DNA of 64,000 nucleotides from NCBI GenBank assembly GCA_002104905.1, contig MCFE01000202.1, positions 68,058 through 132,057 of the forward strand. Direction: 5' to 3'. Below, in pieces: positions 50,054 through 61,557 of this stretch. Under the pieces are notes generated by a model, which ran no database searches, was not told the origin of the DNA, and worked only from the letters and a program-made list of their open reading frames with translations. This DNA is from Basidiobolus meristosporus CBS 931.73 (taxonomy: Eukaryota; Fungi; Basidiobolomycota). The translations under genes and the position numbers were made by a program. Every line of letters starts with the position of its first letter. The first letter of the stretch is position 1.

Positions 50054-50587
50054 ATGTCCATCATAAAATCCCTACTGTTGTTCAGCGTTGCGATTGCTCT
50101 TACTCACAATCCTGTTGCTAGTCAGGAAGTTGAAGATGGTAGCACAGCTGTTGCCAGTCAGGGGACTACTGATGGTGGAGCCGCGGTGCCGGGTCCTGAA
50201 GTCATTCGCCTGGAAAAGCGGTACGGTGGTGGCCCCGCTCTCTTCAGTTCTCATAGCATTGCCGGAAGTGTACCCGTAATTCAAGGCAGTCCTCTAAATC
50301 TGGGAAACAGTAGCAAAGGAAAGAAACACGGACGCGGGCACGGGCACGGAACTGCTGGAAAACGAGGTCCACGTGGGAGACGTGGAAGACAGGGGAAGCG
50401 GGGGAGACAAGGAAAGCGAGGAAGACCTGGTAGGCCAGGCAGACCAGGTAAATCCGAGATCTATGTTGTAAATCCAGAACCTCCAACAACTCCAGCCCCT
50501 GAACCAAAACCTTATTCTGATGATGTTCCCCCAGTCACAAACTCTCATACGGATGATAGTGCCCCTCCAGCTGAGCCAAATTACTAG
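50054..50587 (+). CDS. Secreted protein with a cationic collagen-like (Gly-X-Y)12 segment
   Basis: Signal peptide, EKR Kex2 site, GTA-GKR-GPR-GRR-GRQ-GKR-GRQ-GKR-GRP-GRP-GRP-GKS, Pro-rich acidic tail. Confidence 0.8.
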   Translation: MSIIKSLLLFSVAIALTHNPVASQEVEDGSTAVASQGTTDGGAAVPGPEVIRLEKRYGGGPALFSSHSIAGSVPVIQGSPLNLGNSSKGKKHGRGHGHGTAGKRGPRGRRGRQGKRGRQGKRGRPGRPGRPGKSEIYVVNPEPPTTPAPEPKPYSDDVPPVTNSHTDDSAPPAEPNY

Positions 50588-51422
50588 TTGCTGGAATAAT
50601 AAAGAACTGAGGGATTGATGGAAATACACTATAATTGTTATGAACAGCACATCTATTCAATAACATAATCATTTGCCACGATGGCAAAGGTGTTGTTTAT
50701 CTAGAACATTTCCGAATTGAATTCTCTTTCTCAATGCCACACAATAAGACTTGACATGCATCAATGAACAGGCATTGAGTTGCGGTTGAAAGTGTTTGTC
50801 TCAGCTCATTGCATCAGGATACTTTGCCTATACGTACCTGACTAGTGATGATACCCGTAGAGGTGGTTCTGGAATCATCGGAGCTAGCATGCATTAATAA
50901 TGGAAATGAAACGGTTCTGGATACGGAATGGAGGTAATGGTTAGGATGTTGCTGATTCCGTCAGTGGTTTAAGTGGTCAAGAGCTTGTGCAGAAGCGCTG
51001 GCCCGTACAATTTTTGGACTACATTATAAAATCATCTATACATACAAATAAAATCCAGTTCCGATTCAGTTCAGATCCTGGACAGCCAGCAATATACACG
51101 TAAAATATTTTGCCCTGCTTATCAAGTGGGGGGTAAACCATATAATGGCAAATAAGGCGTTGTTTACTCAATTCACAAGGCAGGGGGTGAACTACCAATC
51201 GCCATTTTTGGCTAAATTTGGGTTGATTCTGATAGTTAACACACTGAACTGTATCTTGGCTTAATGAGACAGAGCAGGAAAAGGAAAGGGGCACTTGTTT
51301 ACATACGGGATACCCCATGTTTCGCTGGCCCATAAAGGGAAAGCTGTAGGTTGGTATAAATGGAGGCTCTATTGAGATATATCAAGGCATCCACTAAGTG
51401 CTATATCTCTTTTTAAAATAGA

Positions 51423-52861
51423 ATGAAATTCTCCGCTCTTAGAATCTTGTGCTTCCTCTCTGGTTTGGCAGCAATCAACGCTGCAGCTTTCGATCGGAGA
51501 TTGCAAGCTAGAAGCGGTGGGGCCTATGATGTGACGGATGTATTTGGTGGAGGTAATGGCGGAAATGGCGATTCTAACGGCAATGGTGGTAATGGTAAAG
51601 GAGGAAACGGAGCTGGTACCTATGGTTCTGGAAATGGCGACAACGGAAACAGCGGTAACGGCAACGGAGGTAATGAAGGGAACGGAGCTGGCGCCTATGA
51701 CTCTGGAAATGGTGGTAATGGCAACGGTAATAGAGGTAATGGAGATGGTAATGGTAGTAATGGCAACGGAGGAAATGGAGCTGGCACCTACGATTCTGGA
51801 AACAGTAATGGAGACAACGGTGGTGGCAATGGTGGCAATGGTAATGGAGGAAAGGGAGCTGGCGCCTACGATTTTGGAAACGGCGGTAATAGTAATGGTA
51901 ACGGTAACGGAGGCAATGGCAATGGAGGAAATGGAGATGGTAACGGTAATGCCGGCAGCGGAGCTGGTGGCTATGGCTCCGGAAGCGAAGGTAATGGCAA
52001 CGGCAATGACAATGGAGGAAACGGAGCCGGCGCCCATGACTCTGGAAACGGTGGCAATGGAAGCAATGGGGCTGGTGCTTATGACTTTGGAAACAGTGAC
52101 AATAATAACGGTAACGGAGGCAACGGTGGTGGCATGGCAATGGCAATGGCGATGGAGGTAATCAAGCTGGAGCCTATCACTCTGGAAACGGTGGTAATGA
52201 CAACGATAACGGAGGCAATGGTAATGGTAATGGCAATGGAGAAAATGGAGCTGGTGCCTACGATTCTGGAAGCGGCGGTAATGGAGGCAATGGAGATAGT
52301 AATGGCAATGGCGGCAACGGAACCGGTACCTATGATACTGGAGACGGTGGTAACAATGGAAATGGCAACGGTGGTGGCAATGGCAATGGAGAAAATGGGG
52401 CTGGTGCCTACGATTCTGGAAACGGCGATGATGGTAACGGTAACGGTAACGGAGGCAATGGCAATGGCAATGGTGGAAATGGAGATAATAAGGGCAATGG
52501 CGGCAATAGAGCTGGTGCCTATGATACTGGAAACGGTGGCGGCAATGGAAATGGCAACGGTAACGGAGGCAACGGAGGCGGCAATGGTAATGGAGGAAAT
52601 GGAGCTGGCGCCTACGATTCTGGAAACCATGGTAACGGTAACGGTAACGGTAGTGAAGGCAATAGCAATGGAGGAAATGGAGATAGTAACGGCAATGGCG
52701 GCAATGGAGCTGGTGCTTATGATACTGGAAGCGGTGGCGGGAATGTAAATGGCAATGGTAACGGAGGCAATGGTGGTGGCAATGACAATGGAGGAAATGG
52801 AGCTGGTACTTATGATTCTGGAAACGGAGGTAATGGGAATGGTAACGACGATTGCCAGTAA
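51423..52861 (+). CDS. Secreted Gly/Asn-rich repeat protein, copy 1 (1-nt frameshift near 52135; error or pseudogene)
   Basis: MKFSALRILCFLSGLAAINAAA signal; about 15 GAGAYDSGNG-type units. GGCATGGC instead of GGCAATGGC shifts the frame; the corrected frame ends NDDCQ-stop. Confidence 0.75.
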
Positions 52862-53756
52862 TTATAGAGTCATATAATCTAAAATTTGCTTTTATATATA
52901 AATTCCATAAATAAAATCGAATATAGCTGATACTCACGACCCGAAGTAATACAGTGACAAAAAGTGTGGAAAAACCCTCACTAACCACTCAGGATACAAG
53001 AAAGCAGTAAATTCCTATCTAAAAGCTGTGTGTTGATCTATGGATCCAATAGTCATTTTCCAAGTTCAGTCGAAGACACTTTGATTTTTTGGATTATTTC
53101 CATTCTCGAATCCCTACCCAAGTAGAGAGTAATGTTCCAGAATAATGAGGTTGTCTTTGTAAAATGGTTGGACTATGCACTCAAACTAGAGCTAAATACT
53201 GCAATGAGTTGTGTATTTACTCACCTTTCTTAAAACATTCTTGCGCTATACGGTGATTACTCTACATATCAGAGTTTAGCAAAGAGTTGCTTGTCGTTTT
53301 GGTGAGAGTAATTCCCACTTCTACAATAACATCACTATATAAATAAATCCTTCCTAAACAGTTGTCCATAGTTGCAGTATGTCAACATATTCTATTCGAT
53401 TGGTGCGAATACCGAAATGTTATCGAGATCCTAACTCCCGATTCTCCAGAATAGCCAGTGAAACCTCGCTTACTTGATATGATGCAACTCACCAGCCACG
53501 GGGTAGAGGAAGTTAAGGTAAATGTGGGGAAGAAGGTTTCGTTTACTCAATTCACCAGGCAGGGGGTGGACTCCTTACGATACTTAACTCATTGAAATGT
53601 ACCTTGGCTTGCTGAGACATAACTAGAAAAAGAAAGGGGCGTCAGTGTGCATATTCTTTCTGTCCAAAAGGCTAATGCTGTAAATTGGTATAAATAGAAG
53701 CTCTAGTGAGATATATCAAGGCATCCACTAAGTGCTATATCTCTTTTTAAAATAGA

Positions 53757-54986
53757 ATGAAATTCTCCGCTCTTAGAATCTTGTGCTTCCTCTCTGGTTT
53801 GGCAGCAATCAACGCTGCAGCCTTCGATCGGAGATTGCAAGCTAGAAGCGGTGGGGCCTATGATGTGACGGATGTATTTGATGGTGGAAATGGTGGAAAT
53901 GGCGATTCTAACGGCAATGGTGGTGATGGTAATGGAGGAAACGGAGCTGGTGCCTATGGCTCTGGAAATGGCGGCAACGGAAACCAAGGCGGTGGAAATG
54001 GTGGTAACGGTGCTGGTGCTTACGACTCTGGCAATGATGGCAATGAAAACGGCGGTAATGGCAACGGCGGTAACGGTGCTGGTGCTTATGACTCTGGGAA
54101 CGGCAATGGTGGTAATGGAGGAAACGGAAATGGCGGCAACAGAAACGGCGGTAATGGAGATAGCAATGGAAATGGAGGTACCGGAGCCGGTGCTTATGAC
54201 TCTGGCAGTGGAGGTAGTAATGGAAACGGCGGTAACGGTAACGGTAACGAAGGTAATCGAGATGATAATAGCGGTAACGGAAACGGTGCTGGCGCTTACG
54301 ACTCTGGAAACGGCAACAGTGATAATGGAAGTGGAGGCCATGAAGACGGCAATGGAAACGGTGGAAACGGGATCGGTGGTAATGGAAACGGAGGTAACGG
54401 AGCCGGCGCCTATGACTCTGGAAATGGAGACAAAGGAGATGAAAATAGCGGCAGTAACAACGGTGGCAACGGGAATGGAGGGAACGGAGCTGGTATTTAT
54501 GACTCTGGAAATGGAGGAAGCGGAAACGGCAGTAACGACAACGGAGTCAATGGAAATGGTAATGGAAACGATGGCAACGAAGCCAGTGCCTATGGCCCTG
54601 GAAATGGTGGAAACGAAAACGGCGGTAACGGCAACGGAGGTAATGGGGATGGTAATGGTAATGGTGCTGGCCCTTTTGACTCTGGTAATGGTGATAGCGG
54701 GGAAGGTAGCATTGGCAATAGAGATAGTAATAGCGGTAATGGAAACGGTAGCAACGGTGCTGGCGCTTACGACTCCGGAAACGGCAACGCTGGTAACAAA
54801 AACGGAGGCAATGATGATGGCAATGAAACTGGTGGAAATGGAACAGGTGCTTATGACTCTGGAAACGGAAACGGTGGTAACGGCAACGGGGGTAATGGAG
54901 ATGGCAGTGGAAACGGTGCTAGTGCTAATGACTCGGGAAACAATGGTGGTAATGGCACCGGGAATGGTAATGACAATTGTCAGTAA
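53757..54986 (+). CDS. Secreted Gly/Asn-rich repeat protein, copy 2 (409 aa)
   Basis: Same N-terminus and duplicated promoter as copy 1; about 12 GAGAYDSGNG-type units; ends NDNCQ-stop. Confidence 0.85.
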   Translation: MKFSALRILCFLSGLAAINAAAFDRRLQARSGGAYDVTDVFDGGNGGNGDSNGNGGDGNGGNGAGAYGSGNGGNGNQGGGNGGNGAGAYDSGNDGNENGGNGNGGNGAGAYDSGNGNGGNGGNGNGGNRNGGNGDSNGNGGTGAGAYDSGSGGSNGNGGNGNGNEGNRDDNSGNGNGAGAYDSGNGNSDNGSGGHEDGNGNGGNGIGGNGNGGNGAGAYDSGNGDKGDENSGSNNGGNGNGGNGAGIYDSGNGGSGNGSNDNGVNGNGNGNDGNEASAYGPGNGGNENGGNGNGGNGDGNGNGAGPFDSGNGDSGEGSIGNRDSNSGNGNGSNGAGAYDSGNGNAGNKNGGNDDGNETGGNGTGAYDSGNGNGGNGNGGNGDGSGNGASANDSGNNGGNGTGNGNDNCQ

Positions 54987-55369
54987 CACATGGAGTTATG
55001 GTAGAATGATAATGTATTTATAATCTATATCACCCATAAATAACATTGCTTAATCGATATCACTTCTCTATTTATAATATAAATGTCTCGTGGGTTCGAC
55101 CCCCCACCTGGGTAGCAAGTATTTTATCATATGCAATCTGTTAGGAGGGACACTACATTATTTTAACCCTCGCCAGAGAAAATACTGAATTAAAATGACG
55201 GCAGAAGCAAAGAATAGGTCATAACCGGCAGGGTTGAGGTCCGACGCCTTGGTGATGGCAAGTAGTGCTCTGCGTGGAAGATTGGCTGGCATCAATGTGT
55301 TGTTCTGAATACCAACTAAGCCCATTGTGGCTTGGTTTTTCTCCTAATATCTATTTATTAATATAAAGA

Positions 55370-55412
55370 GGTGGCCAAGGCGCTGCGTTCTGGTCGCAAT
55401 CTCTTCAAAGGC
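55370..55412 (+). pseudogene. tRNA-Leu-derived fragment
   Basis: GGTGGCCAAGGCGCTGCGTTCTGGTCGCAATCTCTTCAAAGGC resembles the D/anticodon/variable arms of the 27.5-kb tRNA-Leu; anticodon mutated and no T arm. Confidence 0.6.
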
Positions 55413-58400
55413 CTCACTGCAGTTGACATTATGGTTGCTATCCATTCCAAGATCTCCTCAATAATAATTGCTTGGGCTATGGGTCTTTAGCTATTTTGCA
55501 TTCCAAGACTATAAATTCCACATTATTGAGTTATATTAGCATCTTTTGCTATACACTTTGACACTCTTACAATATTGTCAATCAATGATAGCTACTACCA
55601 CCTGAACAGTAGACAATAAGCTCTACTGGATTAACATGCAATACATTACATCCTCTTTGAAGAGTACAGGTCTCCAAGCCCTTTGAGCTTGCTGAGTATG
55701 AGTAGTGGAGAGTATCTGCCAAGTTATACTGGCTATAAAGAAGGAAGGCATTATAGAGACTGTAGTTTACATCATTATAACTCAGTTTTTGACTGCCCTG
55801 TATTATGTTGGGTTTGACTGGTGTCTTCAGTGGACTAACTTGATTACATGGCACTATCAGTAGTAATGTCCGCAATATCACAGGAGTGCTAATTACAATG
55901 TTTCAATTGCATAAATAACATCAAGCAGAAAACCTTATTGTATCATTTCTTTGTTAATAAATTGATGCCATTCATATCACCATCTAGATTAGTCTTCTGT
56001 CTATCCATAGTAGCTACCCTTGGTTTCCAAACTACTATCCTCCAGAATGGTATAGACAACTTCTGTAAGGAACCCACTTGAGTGCCTCATCATTGCAATT
56101 TGCGGTGGAATTTAGCACTTCCATTCTATGCACATCATTGGGATCCTCTACAGGTTTTATGTGCTCTATCATTTGCAAGTTACAAATCACTGAATCATAA
56201 AGTCTTCACCAAATATTTATATTCCATGCTTAAAGCAATTTAACATGAAAATACCTACAACCAAGATAATGCTGTCAATGAGGGAATGGTGCAGGAGACA
56301 AAGAGGCTAATGTTGAAATATTCTCAAAAATATATTTATCATAACTCTTAAAAATTAGTCTTTTCCTTTCTTACTACAACTTTGGACATCATTTGTTAAT
56401 AAGCAAAAGCTATACTAGGTTGCTGGCTAATTCTAATAGTGTTGCAGCCAAAGTGAGTCATTTCAAATCTGGTATTGATTGAACACTAAAGCTTAATACC
56501 TTGGTATAGCAACAAGCATATATTTCTAGCAATGGTAGCAGCAAATCAAGTGGTAGAGCTACTGCCAGTGAAAAATGACTCCAAGCTTTATCAATCTTGC
56601 TTGCTGCAAGCTATGTACAATTGTAAGCACATTAAGTGATCTGCACAGCTTGCTCTAGGCAATTGTAAACAAGCAATATGCATTGTATGTGCTCAGAGGG
56701 CTGCATCAGGACATAAAATGAAGCACTATTCAAACAGTGCTCTGCTCCCTCCTGCATAGCATACTCAAGTGCTTTGGCTCCACCCTTCATTTGATGACTA
56801 GGTCCAGCATGATACTTGGTATTGAAGCAGTAACCACAGCTTGAAGAGTGGCAAGACCAAGAATCACTACCACAGTAGCAAAGCACATATTGAGGGCTGA
56901 ATAATATAATTGCAACTATGTGGGCTACTTTATAGCATGGTGGGCTATTTATTATGGCTATCAGGGTGAATTTTATTAGATAGCATTCTGTTGTGGGCTT
57001 TATTGAGGATTGAGTGTTGAATTCATTGTTCTACTACTCTACAACTACCTGAAGTCCATGGTTTCCATCATTAGTATGCTTCATGATCAACACCCTTACT
57101 TCTTAAAAGGCACCATTTCAGTGCTAATATTTCCATCAATTGCTGGTTACTTTACAATATCAATAATTCTAGTGGACAAGTTACTGTCTTTAGCACCTAT
57201 TATTCACTGTCTGTTACCACCTAGGTATGCAACTCTACTAATGTTACAGAAATAAGAATCTCAAACGGCTATTAAAGCCATTGCTTTAATACAACATCTC
57301 AGCGTATTGGCAGTAACTTGACATGTTGAAGGAATAGCATTGAAAGTGTGCTGTTATCTGCAGTACTTGAAATGGACTAACACATGTTGAAACAAGTATA
57401 AATAGGTAATCTGGTGGATGTAATCAATATAACTGCTTAATAGCATTTCTAGTATCAAGTTTTAGATGTCACTTGGCTAATGTTGATCTTACTAGTGAGA
57501 TATTTATTGCATATTGTTGTGCATCAACATTTAAAACTTGGCCAATTTCACTACGTTAGAAAATCTAGTATCCTAACTGATTTTCCCTAACCCAAACATA
57601 ACTAATCCCTGTTATGGTTTATTTTATCACTTCTCAGAATCTATTTTTTGCTGTCACACCTGATCAATTTTTGTGTGGTCATTACATCCTCAACTGATCT
57701 GCTAAGCCTTTCCAAGTGATTAGTTATCTGAGATTTCTCCAACTACTTAGCAGTTGCCAAGACATCAGCCAATTAATGATGCAATTTTTCACTTATCTTA
57801 TGCACCTATCAACACCCCAACAGATTTGAATTAGTCCAGTCTCTTGGCACTTACTAATGCTACTCAATCAGAAAAGTATAAATAAAGTTTACTGAACCTT
57901 TTGGTTTAGTGTGTGTCTCAACAAAATTAAAATTGTGCCTCAGCAAAATTTAGAATTCCACAATTCTGTTCTAGTTTCCACCCAAGCCTAGCACATCCAG
58001 TATTCCCAAGAACACCAAGCCTAGCCTGTATAGCAATCCAACTCTGTTGCCTTTATAGCCCAACTCAACTATATACAAGACCAATATTAGACCAGAGCTT
58101 CTCTGCTAATATTTCTATCACCCTTGACAATTCTAAGATTCTGCACTTAGTTATCACTTAGGTTCAGTTAACTCATTCAAGAGTTTTATTACACTTTTCT
58201 CTTCAATACAACACATATGCCTGCAAACTTGTGTATTGGTAGCTATATTACACATGCTATGTTGCCTGAATGAACAGCAATTTGTTAATCAGCACAGACA
58301 ATAGTAGTGCCCATACAATGCTTATTTCAGCTTTACAATAAATATCAATGAATGAGTGATTTCAGCAACTATTTATTAGTAACATGATTCAATTGAACAA

Positions 58401-58902
58401 AAATTCTGCTCATTTAGCACCAAAGTGTTTGTGACTAGTAATAACTTGATTGTAGCTGCTTTGGACAGTATAATGTGTTGTAGTATTGCAGTTTGCTCCT
58501 GTATTTGGCTCTGAGTTGTTGCAATATTGTTGAGTGATGTGGTAATCAGAGAAGAAATTCTGCTGTTTAATGTTTGCAAGCTTTGAATAGTGGTTTTGGT
58601 GGTTGTCACCCTGTTCAGTTTATAATAATGGATCCTATTTATTGCTAGGACTAGCATTGGACTACCAACTGTGAGAGCAATTGTTAGTGCAAGTTGCACA
58701 ATGATGAGAGAGTAAGCTAATGGTGACTATAACTGAGCTGGACTTCTATACAAATATTCATGGGTTGGATTACAGCTCCCCTAATAAGTGTTGCCCCCTA
58801 CTGATTTCCTTGAATGTAATGAGCTGCCATCTTATGCTATGCAATATGGGCTGTAGCTGTGGCAGCATAGTGGTTCAACACAATTCTTTTCTGTTTTACA
58901 TA

Positions 58903-59180
58903 CATTGGGTCAGGGTTAGGGGGGAGGAAAGTCACCAAGTGGTGAAATCTTTATTTACTTATGATAAGTATCTAAAGAAGCCAAGTCAATCTGGAGTTAT
59001 CCCTAGAAAGCTAGGTCTGAGAGATATATTCCTGATAAGCCAGGTTTAAGAGTTGAGAGCCTGAGTGGTACTATATTTCCAGGTTAGCTAGGCCTGGGAG
59101 AGGTTTCCTGGAAAGCCTGGCCTAAGAAGTGAGAATCTGAATATATCTGAGCTGCATTATGCTGGTTTGTGGTAGCTGAA
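58903..59180 (-). mobile_element. Telomeric LINE family C, 3' stub
   Basis: Degenerate telomeric repeats, then TTAGGGGGGAGGAAAGTCACCAAGTGGTGAAATCTTTATTT; the body differs from families A and B. Confidence 0.65.
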
Positions 59181-59576
59181 CTTAGGGTAGGGGGGATGAC
59201 AGTCACCAACAGGTGAAATCTTTATTTCAGCTGAAACAAAGAAGCCAGCACTACTGTTGTAGCTTTGATACAAGAGTGTGTTGCTGAGGGGAACTTGTAG
59301 CCAAGTTTACAAGAAGTGATGATAGTTCTTCAGTGCTCAAGACACTGTTCAGTGGGAAGGGGAGTAGCAAGAGGGGTAAGAATGATTTGTGAACAATATT
59401 AATGAGGGGAATATGATAAGGATTGACATTCATCATAAAGGGAGTGTGCTGCTTCAGATATTGCTGCCAAAGGTCTGCCAAGTACTTCATGTAGGCCAGC
59501 TTGGGTTTTTCTGACTGCAAAATATATTGAGCAAGCTTCTTGACTTCAGGATCTCCAAGTATAGTTCTCCAGCAGG
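59181..59576 (-). mobile_element. Telomeric LINE family A, about 390-nt 3' fragment
   Basis: CTTAGGGTAGGGGGGATGACAGTCACCAACAGGTGA terminus; the C-terminal ORF CWRTILGDPEVKKLAQYILQSEKPKL...KLQQ matches 62767-63080. Confidence 0.9.
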
Positions 59577-60066
59577 TGTTATGAGTATACACAAGGCAGG
59601 AGAGTAGAGCTAGGCAAGGCAGGACTAGGAAAGGACTTAGGTGTGGATCAACAAGGCAAGGCGGATTTCCAAGGCAAGGCTGTTTATTCAAGACCTGTGT
59701 TTATCAGACTGAGGAATACTTAAGGGGGGATAGGACTTTATATACTTTTTGGCAATACTGATGCCAAGAGATATTAGCTAATACTAATGGGGTGGTGGGG
59801 TGAGGCTCAGCAGCAGTGCTGGGGATAATATAGAAGGTAAGGCACTGAGACAGGATGGGGAAATGGATTGGGTCACCTGATCATGTGACCTGGTATTTCC
59901 GTATATGGAACTGGACTATGAAAAGTACAACGGCAAGCTTCCATGTAATGTTCCATTGCGTAACAATGGTTTGGGATGGTCAGGAACTTTCTGCAAGGTG
60001 GTAGAAGGTTCCAGAAGGAATCTCTTAGAAATTGAGTTAGGGTATAGGAGTTGTGGTAAGGGCTAC
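59577..60066 (-). mobile_element. Probable solo LTR
   Basis: Minus strand TGTAGCCC...CATAACA with TATATAAAG and AATAAA; GGTCACCTGATCATGTGACC near-palindrome; HSE-like GAAggTTCcaGAA at 60004-60016. No TSD found. Confidence 0.55.
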
Positions 60067-61458
60067 AAAGGGTAAGAAAGCAGGGGGTCTGGGGGACACA
60101 GTCTCCCAGATAACAAAAGAAGCAGGGGGTTTGAGGGATGCAATCCCCAATATTGCTCTTTCTTCAGTAAGATTCCTTTCAATTTCCTCTGTTTTCCTTA
60201 CTTCAATTTTATCCTAACCTTTCCTAACCCTAAACACTTTTTTTTCATTTGTCATTTTTTACTCAATTACCATAAATATTGAAACTTATTCTTTGCTCAC
60301 TGAGTATTCTTACTATCTCACCATTGATTGTTATCCTTTTAGCCCATTTTCAATATTGAAATAAAAAAACTGAAAATTAATTATCCTATAAATTTTAGAC
60401 CAAATATATAGATATGAAGTATTATTTACTATGTATCATTGCTAAAGTCTAGCTCTTTGCTAGTGCATATTTATATGTGTTATAACTTACTTAAGATATG
60501 TATCATTATATAGCAAGTTAAATATTTTTAAACAAAGTAATATATTGTGATAAAACTTATTACAAAAATAAGGAACTCTCTGATGTTCATAGCCTAATTA
60601 TCTTTTTCACACTCTTCAATATTTTTTTTTAATATATAGAATGCAAGCAACTTGTAAGCCTCTTAATATATCCACTAATAAAAGTATTTCATATTTGAAA
60701 TTTTGAAAATAAATATATTAACAAGAACAATGTTTATTTATTGAAAATATCATAAAAAGGTATAGTAAATAATACCAATAGTTATTTTGTTAAGTAGTGG
60801 TCATTACTACTTTTGGGTAACCAATATTGCGTGTGACTAATATTACTCATGGATGGATGAATTGAGTGAAATCTCAGTAGCCCAATTTAAAATTATTTCC
60901 TACACTTTTATAGTGACAAATGACTGCATAATATATAATAATTATGATATTTTCAGTATCCAGAGTGTGATAATATAAGTTGGTAGAATTACATACTTAT
61001 AACACATTTAACCTGCACATCATACACAGCCTGAAGAGAATCATTTTATTTCTTATAGATATACCAGCTACACAAAACACATGTTGCAGAGTAACAATCA
61101 TGTGGCATTCAAGTGTACAAGAAATCTTGCACCATGAACAAATAGAAAATTGAGAGCACATCTAATCTGCATTGCATATGTAACTACAGAATCACCCAAC
61201 AAATTTGTTTGGTGATTATGCTTCTTTGACAGCTAAATCAAATGATTGGGTGTTACAAGAGTTGAAAAAAAAGCAAGTGCGCAGTGCGAAACTGCTTCAG
61301 AAAATCATAACCATGTTCAACATTTTTGATTGGAGTGATTTATATATAACAGAGTGGTTGATAAAGTATATATGATACTTCTGGGTAGCAGAGGGATAGC
61401 TAAAATAATAATTATTATATTGTAGATACATCAGATAGTTTGCAGATAGATGAATCAG

Positions 61459-61503
61459 CTTAGGGTGTAGGTGTTATAGTAAGGGCTAGGAAAAGGGTTA
61501 GGG
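61459..61503 (+). repeat. Degenerate interstitial telomeric tract
   Basis: CTTAGGGTGTAGGTGTTATAGTAAGGGCTAGGAAAAGGGTTAGGG directly precedes a LINE 3' end. Confidence 0.6.
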
Positions 61504-61557
61504 GGGGAGACAGTCACCAACAGGTGAAATCTTTATTTCAGTTGAAACAAAGAAGCC
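61498..61557 (-). mobile_element. Telomeric LINE family A, about 60-nt 3' stub
   Basis: Identical to 62703-62762 up to AGAAGCC, then joined directly to the family B terminus. Confidence 0.9.

Noticed and set aside
51369-55023. His/Cys/Arg-rich, Val/Ile-rich and Met-rich ORFs overlapping the Gly/Asn repeat genes
   Set aside because: Alternative frames of GGN/AAY repeats that lack stop codons; only the Gly/Asn frame has a signal peptide in both copies.
56632-56886. Cys-rich ORF suggesting a transposase CxC/SWIM domain
   Set aside because: Pattern too short and degenerate to assign.
58376-58699. 107-aa TM plus coiled-coil ORF beside the telomeric stack
   Set aside because: Lies in CpG-depleted decayed DNA with no recognisable homology or promoter; may be a TE remnant.
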